This document shows, piece after piece, positions 25,265 to 41,700 of a stretch of DNA of 64,000 nucleotides; the stretch's first letter is position 1, and each line of letters begins with the position of its first letter. The stretch is from the human T2T-CHM13v2.0 reference genome, Homo sapiens. The notes under the pieces were generated by a model, which saw only the letters and a list, made by a program, of their open reading frames with translations, made no database searches and was not told the DNA's origin. The position numbers were made by a program, and so were the translations under genes. Location of the stretch: the NCBI RefSeq assembly GCF_009914755.1, contig NC_060925.1, one strand, 5' to 3'.

Positions 25265-25844
25265 CTTGGCAACCAAAAATAGGAGAGCAAGGGAGAGAAC
25301 ATTAAGGTCTCATCGGTTTCAATTCTCAACAATGTAATGTGTATTTTTTCTTATTGGAATTTCAAGAACTCTTATAATTTAATCTGTTATTTATTCTGTT
25401 AAAGTGCAGTCTTCCTTAAGAGCAAAAGGATTAATGGTTTCAAATTCCAGCACATTGACCTTTATTCTACATTAAAATGCTTATTTGAAACTATTCTGCC
25501 AGGGTTCCCATAAGCCATTCAGTATTGAACATCAAAGAAATATAAAGTTTAACTCCCACTCCACTCAGGAAGCAGAATTTTAGAAATAAAAATAGACTTT
25601 TGCATGCATAGATGCATGTAAGATGCTCTGCAGGGTTGTGTATAGACCAGGAGCAGAGGCTTAGTTGGACTAGGGCCTACCTCCTTGGTTCAGCTTTGAC
25701 TCAGGCCCATCATGGACTGAAGCAAGGTCATTTTCTGAATATTTTTCTGTCACAGAAGAACATACCTTGTTTTATGGCATGGAAGCAAGTGAAGAAAAAT
25801 CCCAAAGAATGAATGACTTGATGAAACATTAAAAATAAAGTTGA

Positions 25845-26171
<327 letters not shown>

Positions 26172-27229
26172 AAAAATAAAGTTCAAAGATTTAATATGGG
26201 GAGAAGACGAGAAAGAAGAGAATGTATATTTATTGGCTACCTACTATGAATTTAGCATGGTACTAGGAGCTTTTAAGTAACTTTGTCTGCAAACAACACT
26301 TTAGCTCAGGTAGGCGTGATCTCCCTCTCTGAACTCCCACAGCCCCTTATCAATGATCCTTTCACAGCATGGCTCTTCTTACCTTTCCTCACAGTTACTC
26401 GTGTATGAGTCTTGCCTCCCACACTAGACTGGGTGCTTTCTTTTAGGGTAGATACAGCTGTTGTTTTAGCCATCTCTCTTTTCTGGAGAGCCAGGTCCAT
26501 ATTTAGATACTAGTTCTGTTGAATTTTGTCAAAATAATCTCTGGAAATCACCTCTTTCCTGTCCAAAATCTTCTGCACATGAATCCCCTTAGTAATATCA
26601 CCCAAACAGGAGCCATTGCTGGTTCCCTACAAGGCTCTTGGAGCCAGACATGGTCAGACATCTATCTCTCTAGCTTCCCACTGGGACTTTGGTTTCTTAC
26701 CAAATTTGATCAAATTCCAGACTCTCCGAATAGTCTAATGAGTCCCTTTTGCTGTCATTTAAACTGGGTGCTAATTGGCCCCAACTCAAAAGATTCACAT
26801 CTCATTTCCACATTATCTCAAGGGCTGGGCCTTCATTGAGCCTCCCTCTCTTACTCCGCATAACTCTAACACCTTTATATGGGATCCTCCAAATAAAATG
26901 AGAGCTTTCTTGGCAGAACTCTTGTTGTCCAGTTTCTGGGATTTTTTCACTCTCAATATGAGCTGAACAAATCCAACTGGTAAGCGGCTCCTAGTGTTGG
27001 ACACATGGCATTCCCCAAGATAGAGTCAGGAAACAGATCATCAAGAGATAAAGTCCTGATTGAGGATTACGTATGGCATTACAGGTATGATAGGCATATT
27101 AAAGGGATAATGTTTAGGGAGAGCACCAGCCTGAATGGGCTGAATAAAATGAAATGGCATATAAAAATTATCTCTCATAGAGCTGGCCCAGAGCAGGTGC
27201 TCAATGAATATGTCGCAGCCCCTATGGTA

Positions 27230-27720
27230 TTATTCCAAAAACTTCTAGGGAACATCTCATCTATACCAAGCTCTGGGCTGGGCACTGGGGACACAGTGAT
27301 AAATCAGATCCAGTCCTTGTCCATAATTAGTTCACAATCTAGCAGGGAGAAAGGGGAACAAAGATAATACTAGGCATAAAATGCTGGATTAAAAAGAGGC
27401 ACAAAGCACTGAGAGAAACAGAGGAAGGCAGGCCTGAATCTTCCTGAGGAATTAGTGGAGCCTTGAAGTAAGGGGGACATTTGATCTGGGTCCTGAACCA
27501 TGAGTAGAAATTCTTAGACAACTTCACCTCAGAAAAAGCAGATGGACCAATTGTACAAGGCCCACAATATGTATATGAAATATACCTTGACCTTTGAATA
27601 TAGTGAGCAGTTTGGGATGGAGTATAGCATGCCTGGTGACGTTAGAGGGAAATAAGACTGGAACGAGTTTAGAGCAAGATGTTTGATGAGCACTGTTTCT
27701 CACCTTGCAGTCCAAATAAC
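27230..27720 (-). mobile_element. L2 remnant
   Basis: CTGGGCTGGGCACTGGGGACACAGTGATAAATCAGA...CAATCTAGCAGGGAGA. Confidence 0.7.
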
Positions 27721-27980
27721 TTCTTATGGTAATACTGGGGGACATGGGAATGGGTATAGGCAGAGCCAAGACTGGAACCCAGGTCACAGACCTTGAACCC
27801 TGCATTTTCCACTATAACTAGCATCTAATAAAAACCAACCAAGAATATTTAGTTGAAAAATCATATCACCTATCTGTTGATAAATGCAGGCTATTTATCA
27901 AAACCACAAAATTGAAAGTCACATTCAACTCTGAATTCCCATAGAAACTAAATTTCAAGTTAGAGAGAAACTTTTCCATA

Positions 27981-28477
27981 CAGTAGTCCCTACTTATCCA
28001 TTTTCATTTTCCATGGTTTCAGTTCCCCACAGTCCAAAAATATTAAATAAAAAATTCCAGAAATAAACAATTCATAAGTTTTAAATTGTGGGCTGTTAAA
28101 TAACATGGTGAAATCTCACACCATCCCTCTTCATCCCACTTCATCCCACATAGGACTTGAATTATTATCCTTTTGTCTGACGTAGCCATACACTACCTGC
28201 CCATTAGTCACTGAGTAGCCATCTTGGTTATCAGATTGACTGTCCTGGAATCACAGTGCTTGTATTCAAGTAACCCTTATTTTACTTTTATTACAGTATA
28301 TTGTTATAATTGTTCTATTTTACTGTTAGATATTGTTGTTAATCTCTTACTATGCCCAATTTATAAATCAAACTTTATCATAGGCATGCATGATAGGAAA
28401 AAACATAGTATATATAGGATTTTGTACTATCTATGGTTTCAGACATTCACTGAGGGTCTCAGAACATAACCCCTGAG
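27981..28477 (+). mobile_element. MER44B-like Tigger7-derived DNA transposon, left part
   Basis: TA|CAGTAGTCCCTACTTATCC left TIR and typical MER44 body; the right TIR is displaced to ~34815-34835. Confidence 0.85.
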
Positions 28478-28740
<263 letters not shown>

Positions 28741-29648
28741 GGGAGGAGGAGCCAAGATGGCCGAATAGGAACAGCTCGGGTCTACAGCTCCCAGCGTGAG
28801 CGACGCAGAAGACAGGTGATTTCTGCATTTCCATCTGAGGTACCGGGTTCATCTCACTAGGGAGTGCCAGACAGTGGGCGCAGGTCAGTGGGTGCGTGCA
28901 CCGTGCGCGAGCCAAAGCAGGGTGAGGCATTGCCTCACTCGGGAAGCGCAAGGGGTCAGGGAGTTCCCTTTCCTAGTCAAAGAAAGGGGTGATGAAGGGC
29001 ACCTGGAAAATCGGGTCACTCCCACCCGAATACTGTGCTTTTCCAACGGGCTTAAAAAACGGCGCACCACGAGATTATATCCCACACCTGGCTCGGAGGG
29101 TCCTACGCCCACGGAGTCTTGCTGATTGCTAGCACAGCAGTCTGAGATCAAACTGCAAGGCGGCAGCGAGGCTGGGGGAGGGGCGCCCGCCATTGCCCAG
29201 GCTTGCTTAGGTAAACAAAGCAGCGGGGAAGCTCGAACTGGGTGGAGCCCACCACAGCTCAAGGAGGCTTGCCTGCCTCTGTAGGCTCCACCTCTGGGGG
29301 CAGGGCACAGACAAACAAAAAGACAGCAGTAACCTCTGCAGACTTAAATGTCCCTGTCTGACAGCTTTGAAGAGAGCAGTGGTTCTCCCAGTACGCAGCT
29401 GGAGATCTGAGAACGGGCAGACTGCCTCCTCAAGTGGGTCCCTGACCCCTGACCCCTGAGCAGCCTAACTGGGAGGCACCCCCCAGCAGGGGCACACTGA
29501 CACCTCACACGGCAGAGTATTCCAACAGACCTGCAGCTGAGGGTCCTGTCTGTTAGAAGGAAAACTAACAAACAGAAAGGACATCCACACCAAAAACCCA
29601 TCTGTACATCACCATCATCAAAGACCAAAAGTAGATAAAACCACAAAG
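28741..29648. promoter_or_regulatory. L1 5'UTR with internal sense promoter and antisense promoter
   Basis: Intact YY1 motif CAAGATGGCCG at ~28753; CpG-rich; the ~900-bp length fits forms lacking the 129-bp ZNF93-binding segment. Confidence 0.8.
28885..29193 (-). CDS. L1 ORF0, 102-aa open frame (C-terminally extended variant)
   Basis: ATG at 29193; MAGAPPPASLPPCSLISDCCASNQQDSVGVGPSEPGVGYNLVVRRFLS is the ORF0 N-terminus. Expression unknown. Confidence 0.65.
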   Translation of the reverse strand: MAGAPPPASLPPCSLISDCCASNQQDSVGVGPSEPGVGYNLVVRRFLSPLEKHSIRVGVTRFSRCPSSPLSLTRKGNSLTPCASRVRQCLTLLWLAHGARTH

Positions 29649-30665
29649 ATGGGGAAAAAACAGAACAGAAAAACTGGAAACTCTAAAAAGCAGAGCGCCT
29701 CTCCTCCTCCAAAGGAACGCAGTTCCTCACCAGCAACGGAACAAAGCTGGATGGAGAACGACTTTGACGAGCTGAGAGAAGAAGGCTTCAGACGATCAAA
29801 TTACTCTGAGCTACGGGAGTACATTCAAACCAAAGGCAAAGAAGTTGAAAACTTTGAAAAAAATTTAGAAGAATGTATAACTAGAATAACCAATACAGAG
29901 AAGTGCTTAAAGGAGCTGATGGAGCTGAAAACCAAGGCTCGAGAACTACGTGAAGAATGCAGAAGCCTCAGGAGCCGATGCGATCAACTGGAAGAAAGGG
30001 TATCAGCAATGGAAGATGAAATGAATGAAATGAAGCGAGAAGGGAAGTTTAGAGAAAAAAGAATAAAAAGAAATGAGCAAAGCCTCCAAGAAATATGGGA
30101 CTATGTGAAAAGACCAAATCTACGTCTGACTGGTGTACCTGAAAGTGACGGGGAGAATGGAACCAAGTTGGAAAACACTCTGCAGGATATTATCCAGGAG
30201 AACTTCCCCAATCTAGCAAGGCAGGCCAACGTTCAGATTCAGGAAATACAGAGAACGCCACAAAGATACTCCTCGAGAAGAGCAACTCCAAGACACATAA
30301 TTGTCAGATTCACCAAAGTTGCAATGAAGGAAAAAATGTTAAGGGAAGCCAGAGAGAAAGGTCGGGTTACCCTCAAAGGGAAGCCCATCAGACTAACAGT
30401 GGATCTCTCGGCAGAAACCCTACAAGCCAGAAGAGAGTGGGGGCCAATATTCAACATTCTTAAAGAAAAGAATTTTCAACCCAGAATTTCATATCCAGCC
30501 AAACTAAGCTTCAAAAGTGAAGGAGAAATAAAATACTTTACAGACAAGCAAATGCTGAGAGATTTTGTCACCACCAGGCCTGCCCTAAATGAGCTCCTGA
30601 AGGAAGCACTAAACATGGAAAGGAACAACCAGTACCAGCCACTGCAAAATCATGCCAAAATGTAA
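29649..30665 (+). CDS. L1 ORF1p, intact 338 aa
   Basis: Full MGKKQNRK...QNHAKM frame; REKG, ARR and YPAKLS motifs retained. Confidence 0.95.
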   Translation: MGKKQNRKTGNSKKQSASPPPKERSSSPATEQSWMENDFDELREEGFRRSNYSELREYIQTKGKEVENFEKNLEECITRITNTEKCLKELMELKTKARELREECRSLRSRCDQLEERVSAMEDEMNEMKREGKFREKRIKRNEQSLQEIWDYVKRPNLRLTGVPESDGENGTKLENTLQDIIQENFPNLARQANVQIQEIQRTPQRYSSRRATPRHIIVRFTKVAMKEKMLREAREKGRVTLKGKPIRLTVDLSAETLQARREWGPIFNILKEKNFQPRISYPAKLSFKSEGEIKYFTDKQMLRDFVTTRPALNELLKEALNMERNNQYQPLQNHAKM

Positions 30666-30728
30666 AGACCATCAAGACTAGGAAGAAACTGCATCAACTA
30701 ACGAGCAAAATAACCAGCTAACATCATC

Positions 30729-34555
<3,827 letters not shown>

Positions 34556-34814
34556 ACAATGAGATCACATGGACACAGGAAGGGGAACATCACACTCTGG
34601 GGACTGTTGTGGGGTGGGGGGTGGGGGGAGGGATAGCATTGGGAGATATACCTAATGCTAGATGACAAGTTAGTGGGTGCAGCACACCAGCATGGCACAT
34701 ATATACATATGTAATTAACCTGCACAATGTGCACATGTACCCTAAAACTTAAAATATAATAATAAAAGAAAAAAAAAAGCTACATAAAAAAAAAGGAACT
34801 CCCCCACCCCCTCC

Positions 34815-34835
34815 AAGTATAAGGGAGGGCTACTG
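34815..34835 (+). mobile_element. MER44 right terminal inverted repeat
   Basis: TATAAGGGAGGGCTACTG|TA is approximately complementary to the left end TA|CAGTAGTCCCTACTTAT. Confidence 0.8.
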
Positions 34836-35020
34836 TACAATGGTGTGAAAAGCAGGCAGATTACAGGGAAGCCTGTGACTCCCTTTCTGTGTGGAGGCCG
34901 TTCAGAGTACAATTTTCTTGTCTTTTTGCTCGAATATAAAGATGACACGGATAACAGTGAGCCTGGGTTTCAGAGCTAACTATCTGCTCTCTTAAAAAGG
35001 TGCTGTGTGCAGGGAAAATA

Positions 35021-35100
35021 TAGAGACAAAGACAGAGAAAGAGACCCAGAGACAGAGAGGGAGAAGAAAGAGAGAGACAAAGACCAAAAAACATAAAGAC
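35021..35100. repeat. GA-rich low-complexity tract
   Basis: AGAGACAAAGACAGAGAAAGAGAC... degenerate repeats. Confidence 0.7.
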
Positions 35101-35504
35101 AGAATTATGAGCAGGTGGTTGGGGAGTATGTGAGGAAGAGAACAGACATCTATTAAGAGTCTCTTATATACTAGGCACTGTGGTACATACTTAACATAAG
35201 AGCATGTAGTTGTCATAAGATAAGAAGAGAGAGCTAGGGAGTTCCAATTCACTCTTACAGCATAATCCAAACCCATAGCTCTAGAAAATAGGCCTATTCC
35301 CAGAGAAGAGTCCTCAAAACTGTTGTGGTTTTTGGTCCGATTAAGGAAGTGACATGTTATCCATAAGCAGGAACTATTCCTGACCTGTACCTGAAATTCT
35401 ACCATTCTATTTGCTCTTTCAGTTTAAACATTTGCCCTCAGTTCCAAAGCAAACTCCTGAGTGAAAGATCCAAGAGCCCCTTTGGCTGAACTGTAGAAAG
35501 TGAA

Positions 35505-35907
35505 TGTTCTGGTTTGAATGTTTGTCCCCTCTAAAACTCATGTTGAAAGTTAATCCCCAATGTAACAGCATTAAGAGGTGGGACCTGTAAGAGATAATTG
35601 GGTCATGAGGGCATGAGCCCTCATTATGTGTTAATAGATTATTAATAAGTCATCATGTGAGTGAATTAGTTATCATGAGAGTGGATCTGTTATAAAAGCC
35701 AGGTCAGCTCTCTCACAAGCCCTCCTGCCTGGTGATGCTTTCTTCCATGGTATGGTGCAGCAAGCAGGCCCTCACCAGAAGCTGAGCAGATGCTGGTGCC
35801 ATGCCCCTGGGCTTCCCAGCCTCCAAAACTGTAAGAAATGAATTTATTCCTTATAAATTACCCAGTCTCAGGTATTCAATTACAGCAACAGGAAACAGAA
35901 TAAGACA
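35505..35907 (+). mobile_element. MaLR solo LTR (MSTB/MSTD-like)
   Basis: TG...CA termini; GGTTTGAATGTTTGTCCCCTCTAAAACTCATGTTGAAA and ATAAATTACCCAGTCTCAGGTATT; TSD GTGAA/GTGAG. Confidence 0.9.
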
Positions 35908-37064
35908 GTGAGCATGACAGCAAATAACCAAAGAGATGAGTGTTTGTAGATGACATATTTGTGGCAATATGACTTGCCTGTGGTATCCTGGGGGTGTCCA
36001 GGAAACCTCACAGAATGTGACTGCCACAAGCTTGGTATCTTCTTTACACATCATGGGTTCAATATAGAACACTAAGCAACACTAAGCAATGTCCAGGAAT
36101 TCTAATGGGAAGCTGGTTGCAGCAGAAGCAAAAGCTTCTCTGGAGGACACTGAGAGTCTTGGTGAGCAAGAAAACAATGGCAGAATAGATACTCCTTCAG
36201 GAGCCCTTTATTTTACAAAGTTGGAAGGAACGGGGCTTCATAATACCCAGGCAACCTTCCAATTTAAAAAGTTTATAGGCTCCATCTGTCCCAGAAGAGG
36301 CTTCTCTGAGTTTCCTCATTTATTGTCCCTACCATTATGCTCTGCCTATCCCCACCTCTTCTGTATTCTATTTGCTGCTCCCCAATTCCCACCTCTCTGG
36401 GTAGTTCTTGCCCATTCTAGCCACTCATTCTTCCCCTAATTGCTTACATCAGAAAGCAGCACAGATCACTAGGCTGGGAACTAGGGCACTTAACCCTGCC
36501 ACTTTCCAGCTATGAGGCCCTAGATAAGTCTGAGCCTTAGTTTCACAGTTTGGAAGTACATGGCGTCCAGGTTCCTTATACCTAAAAATGGGATCATTCT
36601 TTCATGCTTTGAGATTTAACTTAAGGTCTACATTCTCTAGCAAGCCATTTCTATTTGTCCACCCCTTTCTTGTCCTCTTTTATATTATATTGTCCTTATT
36701 GATGGACCCACACATTTATAATATAAGGACAATACTGTGTTTTCTAACACAATATTAGGAATGTTAAAAGTCTTGTTTCTCTCTAATGCAATAAAAAAAC
36801 CCTGAGGAAGTGGTTTCACTGATTGTGTGCTATTCCGTTCTTCCCCCTTCTCTCCATGTGCACATCCCAGGACTGGACTGAGCTGTATAAGTATTTTTAA
36901 AATGAAGTAGAAGGAATCTTGTCAACTAAGGTTACTCCATTTCTGAAAGCCTGACTGGAAATGGCTTCCTGAATCCTATATTATCAGTTTTCTGAGAAAA
37001 TTGGTGAGACAGGGCATTCCAGGCAGAGGAAAGAGCAATAAAATACAAGTTAAATGCTTTAGAC

Positions 37065-37225
37065 CAAGAGGTAGTATAATATTGTCGTTAAGTGTACAGG
37101 CTTTGGAGCCAAAACTTTGGCTTCCAATTCTAGCTCTGCCACTGAATACCTTATCCTCTTGTGCCTCAGTTTTCCCTTTTATAACATGAAAATAATCTAT
37201 GAGGGATGCTTGGAAACTTAGAACA
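37065..37225 (+). mobile_element. MIR
   Basis: GGCTTTGGAGCCA...TCTAGCTCTGCCACT...GCCTCAGTTTTCC. Confidence 0.7.
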
Positions 37226-37518
37226 CAGCTTCACATTTTCGTTCACTGCTGAATTCCTCCCAGTGTTATTTCTAAACCTGCCCTCTGTATGAAGGCGGGC
37301 CAGCCTCTTACAGATTGACCACTGCATGCCAGGTCAGCCTCTTCATATTATTTTTTTCTTGCCTGTTAGTCACCATGCACAAAATTCCCTCTCACTGATG
37401 CCTTCTAAAGCTCTAGCTGCTTTGCTAGCCCACATGCAGTCCCACCCTACAGGGAACCTCCTTCATTGCTCTGGTCTGTCATTCTCTCTCTCATGGAGCT
37501 ACCTAATCATATATGAGC

Positions 37519-37650
37519 AGTAGCCATATAACTTACCCAAATAAGGACACTTCTGAGAGTGAAAGACAATGTTATTATTCATTATGTTGGGATGACAGGT
37601 ATAAGTAAGGACTATCCTGATCAGAAGGAGAGAGATACACAGTTATCTTA
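37519..37650. mobile_element. MER81-like hAT-Blackjack MITE
   Basis: CCATATAACTTA..CCAAATAAGGACACTTCTGAGAGTGAAAG...GGGATGACAGGTATAA..AGGACTATCC. Confidence 0.6.
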
Positions 37651-38151
37651 CCAATGGACCCAGGGGTATTGAGATAACACTGCTTCTTACAGTCTTTCTC
37701 TTTCTAGCATTTCCATAGAAATCTGCATAGTATTTTCCAGCCTACAAAAAACTTCTACCTCATAGTCTCACTGATGATCACACCAGTTCTGGGAATCTAC
37801 TGCGTAGGACTATTTCTTGCACAAAGTGGTTTTTCTTAGGTCACCTAGAGGCTGGAACTGGACAGAACCTTATGTTTCACTCTGGCATCCACTTTAGCCC
37901 CTGATTGTGTTGGGGTTTTTTTGGGGGGAGTTGATTTTGTTCCCTTAGGTTGGTGGTAGAAGAAAGAATCATGCCATACTTCTTTTCCCCTCATCTTTCC
38001 GCTATCTAAAGCTGGGGGAATGGTAGGGTTTGAGAAAGGTGAAATGAGAAGCTAACAAAGAAACAATCAGAAAGTGGCAAAGTATCAATAAATCTAATCT
38101 CATTCAAGAAATAATTATAAATATTTATCTAGATGATAGGATTTCAAGTAA

Positions 38152-38452
38152 TTTTTTTTTTTTTTTTTTGAGATGGAGTCTCGCTGTGTCGCCCAGGCTG
38201 GAGTGCAGTGGCGCGATCTCCGTTCACTGCAAGCTCCGCCTCCTGGGTTCACGCCATTCTCCTGCCTCAGCTTCCTGAGTAGCTGGGACTACAGGCGCCC
38301 GCCACCACGCCTGGCTAATTTTTTTTTTATTTTTAGTACAGACGGGGTTTCACCATGTTAGCCAGGATGGTCTCGATCTCCTGACCTCGTGATCCGCCCG
38401 CCTAGGCCTCCTAAAGTGCTGGGATTACAGGCTTGAGCCACCGCGCCTGGCC
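38152..38452 (-). mobile_element. AluY
   Basis: AluY diagnostics GCAAGCTCC, TTCACGCCATT, TTAGCCAGGATGGTCTCGATC; CpG-rich; TSD TCAAGT(A/G)ATTTTT followed by AA. Confidence 0.95.
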
Positions 38453-38624
38453 TCAAGTGATTTTTAACATTATCCTTACTCCGTTCTATATCCTTTGAAT
38501 TAGCATGTACCACTTACATAATTTTACAAAATGCTATTTCATTTATTTTTTTCGTTTTAAAGAAAGAAACCCGAGTCTTCAGTAAAATGGTCAATTTCAG
38601 CGGAAAAAAACCCCCAAAAACAAA

Positions 38625-38850
38625 AACATAGGCTTTTCAACCAGACCTAGGTTTTCATCTTAATTCTACTCTGTGACCTTGAGTAAGTCACATATGCCTT
38701 CAAGCCTCAGCCTCAGTTTCCTAATGGGTAGAATATAGACACCACCACCCACTTCACAGGGCTGTTAATGACGATTCCACAAGATTCAAAAAGTGAGTAC
38801 CCCAGGTAAGGGCCCAGCTTGTGGCAGACTCTCAATAAATGTTCATTCCC
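38625..38850 (+). mobile_element. MIR
   Basis: CTGTGACCTTGAGTAAGTCAC...GCCTCAGTTTCC...CTCAATAAATGTT. Confidence 0.75.
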
Positions 38851-39821
38851 TTCATGTGGGTGTTATTGATGCAGCTTCCCAAGGCTTCTGACAAGACTTG
38901 CCACCTCCTCTGCTCACAGCTCTGGAGTCATCAGGGGCATGCCTGTGACAGCTGTACCCCCTCAGCATGCCAGTGGGGCTGTCCAGAGATGCTGGGTGCC
39001 TAATGCGGGGAGGCAGTCCTGTCAGAATCACTGGGGGTTACTCATCCCAGCTTCAGGGTTTCTGACAGGATGTTTTGATAAAATAAATCTATTTTAAGTG
39101 AATGTAATGAAATAGTAACCAGCTTCTGAAGGGCTCTTAAGATGTTTTTAAGAAGTTTCAGATCAAAGGCCCTGGGAAGGCAGACTTCATGCATTAAATA
39201 TTTAGTACTGACTCAGTCACTTGAGAGTGCCGGAGTTTTGACATTGTAAGAGGAAGAAAGCACATTCTAGCTGGGGCCACACTCATGTTAAAGACACAAG
39301 TGATGGGATTCAGGAGCAAGAGGCCAATCTTCTGGCTCCTATTGGCTGGAAAGTTGGAGGTCATGACCTCAAAGGCTGTCTGCCTAAAGATTCAGGATGT
39401 GATAGAATTATTCAGGATCTATAGTAGTTGGGTAAACAGGTCGTCAGCGAGCCCTGACAGCAGGGATCTGCCTTCCCAGCTGTTACTACCAGGCTCAGTG
39501 CCTGTCATTCTGCACATTGCCACTTGGAGCCCACCAAGTGTGTGAAATCTGCAATGTGCTTTGCAGTCCAGCTGAGAGATACTGTCCTTGAGACCACACA
39601 TGGACTCACACAGTCCTGGCAGGTGAGGCTCAATGAGGAGAAGAGATTTGTTGAAGAAAGGCCACACTACACATTAATGGTATGACTGGGAATGGTGTCA
39701 AGAGCTCCTGCCTGACTGTTCCAAGGTCTTTCCAATATATTACACTGCCCCTTTAATGAAAAACAGCTACCACTGGTGTAGACATAGAAGGACAGGAAGA
39801 AGCCTAGAATAGGGTGTAAAG

Positions 39822-39997
39822 TAGTGGCCCTTGATCTATATCAGGTCATAGCTACCTCTGGAAGTCTGGTAGAAGTTACAGATCCTCTCCCAGAAAAATG
39901 CACGCATGTACTAGTATGTACTACGGTTGACATCTAGTGTTGGAGAATTAGAGCATCCTTTTAAACACATTCTTGAACATCAGATTGCAAAACCTTG
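39822..39997. mobile_element. MER103-like hAT-Charlie MITE
   Basis: GATCCTCTCCCAGAAAAATGCAC core with degenerate hAT ends. Confidence 0.5.
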
Positions 39998-41004
39998 AAA
40001 CCGAAGTCATAGTAGACCCTGTGATCCCAGAGCTTACAACTTTGAGTTTCTTGAATGACTTTTAGAATAGTGGTATGACAGTAGAACCATCACAAGGTTT
40101 GGTATTATACAAACCTGGATTAGAGCAGCACCTAGCACATATGTAATATTAAGGAATTACTTAATTTCTCTTAACTTCAGATTCCTATTTCTAACGTGGC
40201 ATAATATTATCTAATGGAGATATTTGGAGTTCAAACATGTAAATAATTTTGAGCCCCTGAATACATGCAAAAGATACAAAGTTCCCATCCATCTCTATCT
40301 ACTTCCAAAAAACCCTGATGGATTCCTTCAGCATCCAGTCATCCACTCTATTCCCACCTTACAACTAAACTTTAGACTCCAGGAGGGCAGAAATCATGTC
40401 TAGATTGCTCACAATAACTACCTCTGAGTATACTGACTGGCACATGATAGGTGCTTAATATATATTGAACGAATGAATTAAAATAACAAAATAATGAGTC
40501 CAGTGGATACACAGTAACTTCCAGAGAGGGGGCAGGAGCAGTAAATAGAGCACTAACCCTGGGGAAACTTCAAATATTGCTTTTGGCCACAGACCAAAGG
40601 TGTTTCAGGGCCCAGAAAAACTAATGACTTAGGAACTGGCATTCAGAGAAGACAACCTAGAGGAAGATCTCCCTGTTTATCTCTGTTCATTGTTTCATTC
40701 CCCTTCACCATTGTCATAGGCCTGGTCTCTTCCTACATGACAAGCCGAGGAGCTGCAGTTACACCAAAACCAGGTCAAGTAAGCCTAAAACCTAGGAATA
40801 AGGGACCAGGTAGGAAGTAGGAAGAGGCACAAGTTATTAGCTCCTACCTGACCCCGCCTTTGATTCTGCAGGCACTACCACTTCCACCTGGAAGATTAGC
40901 TGTGCTCAGTTTCTGAGCCAGTCCTAACAGGGAAGAGAGTACAGAAGCAGTTTTAGTCTCCTCTACAGGTGGAGTCTTGTTGTCCTGGGTTAGAAGGCAC
41001 ACGT

Positions 41005-41067
41005 GAGGTGAGCCCCCACATCCTTACATACCAGTGGAGGTGAGCCCCAAACCCTTACATACCAATG
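41005..41067. repeat. ~32-bp tandem duplication
   Basis: GAGGTGAGCCCCCACATCCTTACATACCAGTG followed by GAGGTGAGCCCCAAACCCTTACATACCAATG. Confidence 0.9.
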
Positions 41068-41319
41068 GAGTCAGAGTTCCCAAGAATACCTTTCTTGGAA
41101 TTCAAGGTCAGTCTGAACCTAAACCTGGCAAGCCCCAACTCAGACCCTTGCCACCTCTTCTCCTAGAGCCTGAAGGATGCTTCCATGCCTGAGGTAGTGG
41201 TAATAAACAGAAGGGAGGAGAAGCACTATGTCACCACCCACTTAACTTCCAATACTAACTATTGTTTGGAAGTTCTTCCTGACATGACAAAATCCCCTTA
41301 GAAAGACACACACATTTGT

Positions 41320-41700
41320 CAGACATTTCTGGGTCCTGAGCATCCAAGCTGAATTTAACACATTCCTTATAATCCCCTTCTTTACCCCTTTGGTGGCTCT
41401 ATCTTTCACCAGTTTAAACAAGCCAGAAACCTAGAAATAATGCTTGATTCCTCTCTTTTCCTCACCTACAACATTCAACTAATCACAGATCCTGTGAATT
41501 TTAACTCCTAGATATTTCTTGAATTTTTCAACTCTTTTCCATGTTTTCTGCTAGTGTCATAATTGTTAGAGAACTCCCTAACAATATTCTCTGACCTTTA
41601 ATCCATCCTCCACATAACAACCCAAATTACTTAATATAAAATATTTGACCCTGTTATTCCTTTGTGTAAACTCCTACATTGACATCCCATCACAACCAGA
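41320..41700 (+). mobile_element. L2 remnant
   Basis: CAAGCCAGAAACCTAG...CTTGATTCCTCTCTTTTCCTCACC...AATCCATCCTCCACA. Confidence 0.75.

Noticed and set aside
28885-29000. C-terminal extension of ORF0 as a copy-specific novelty
   Set aside because: It probably reflects a 1-nt difference shared by older L1PA subfamilies relative to L1HS, not a private event.
34599-34632. G-quadruplex-forming G-rich tract
   Set aside because: A known standard feature of L1PA 3'UTRs.
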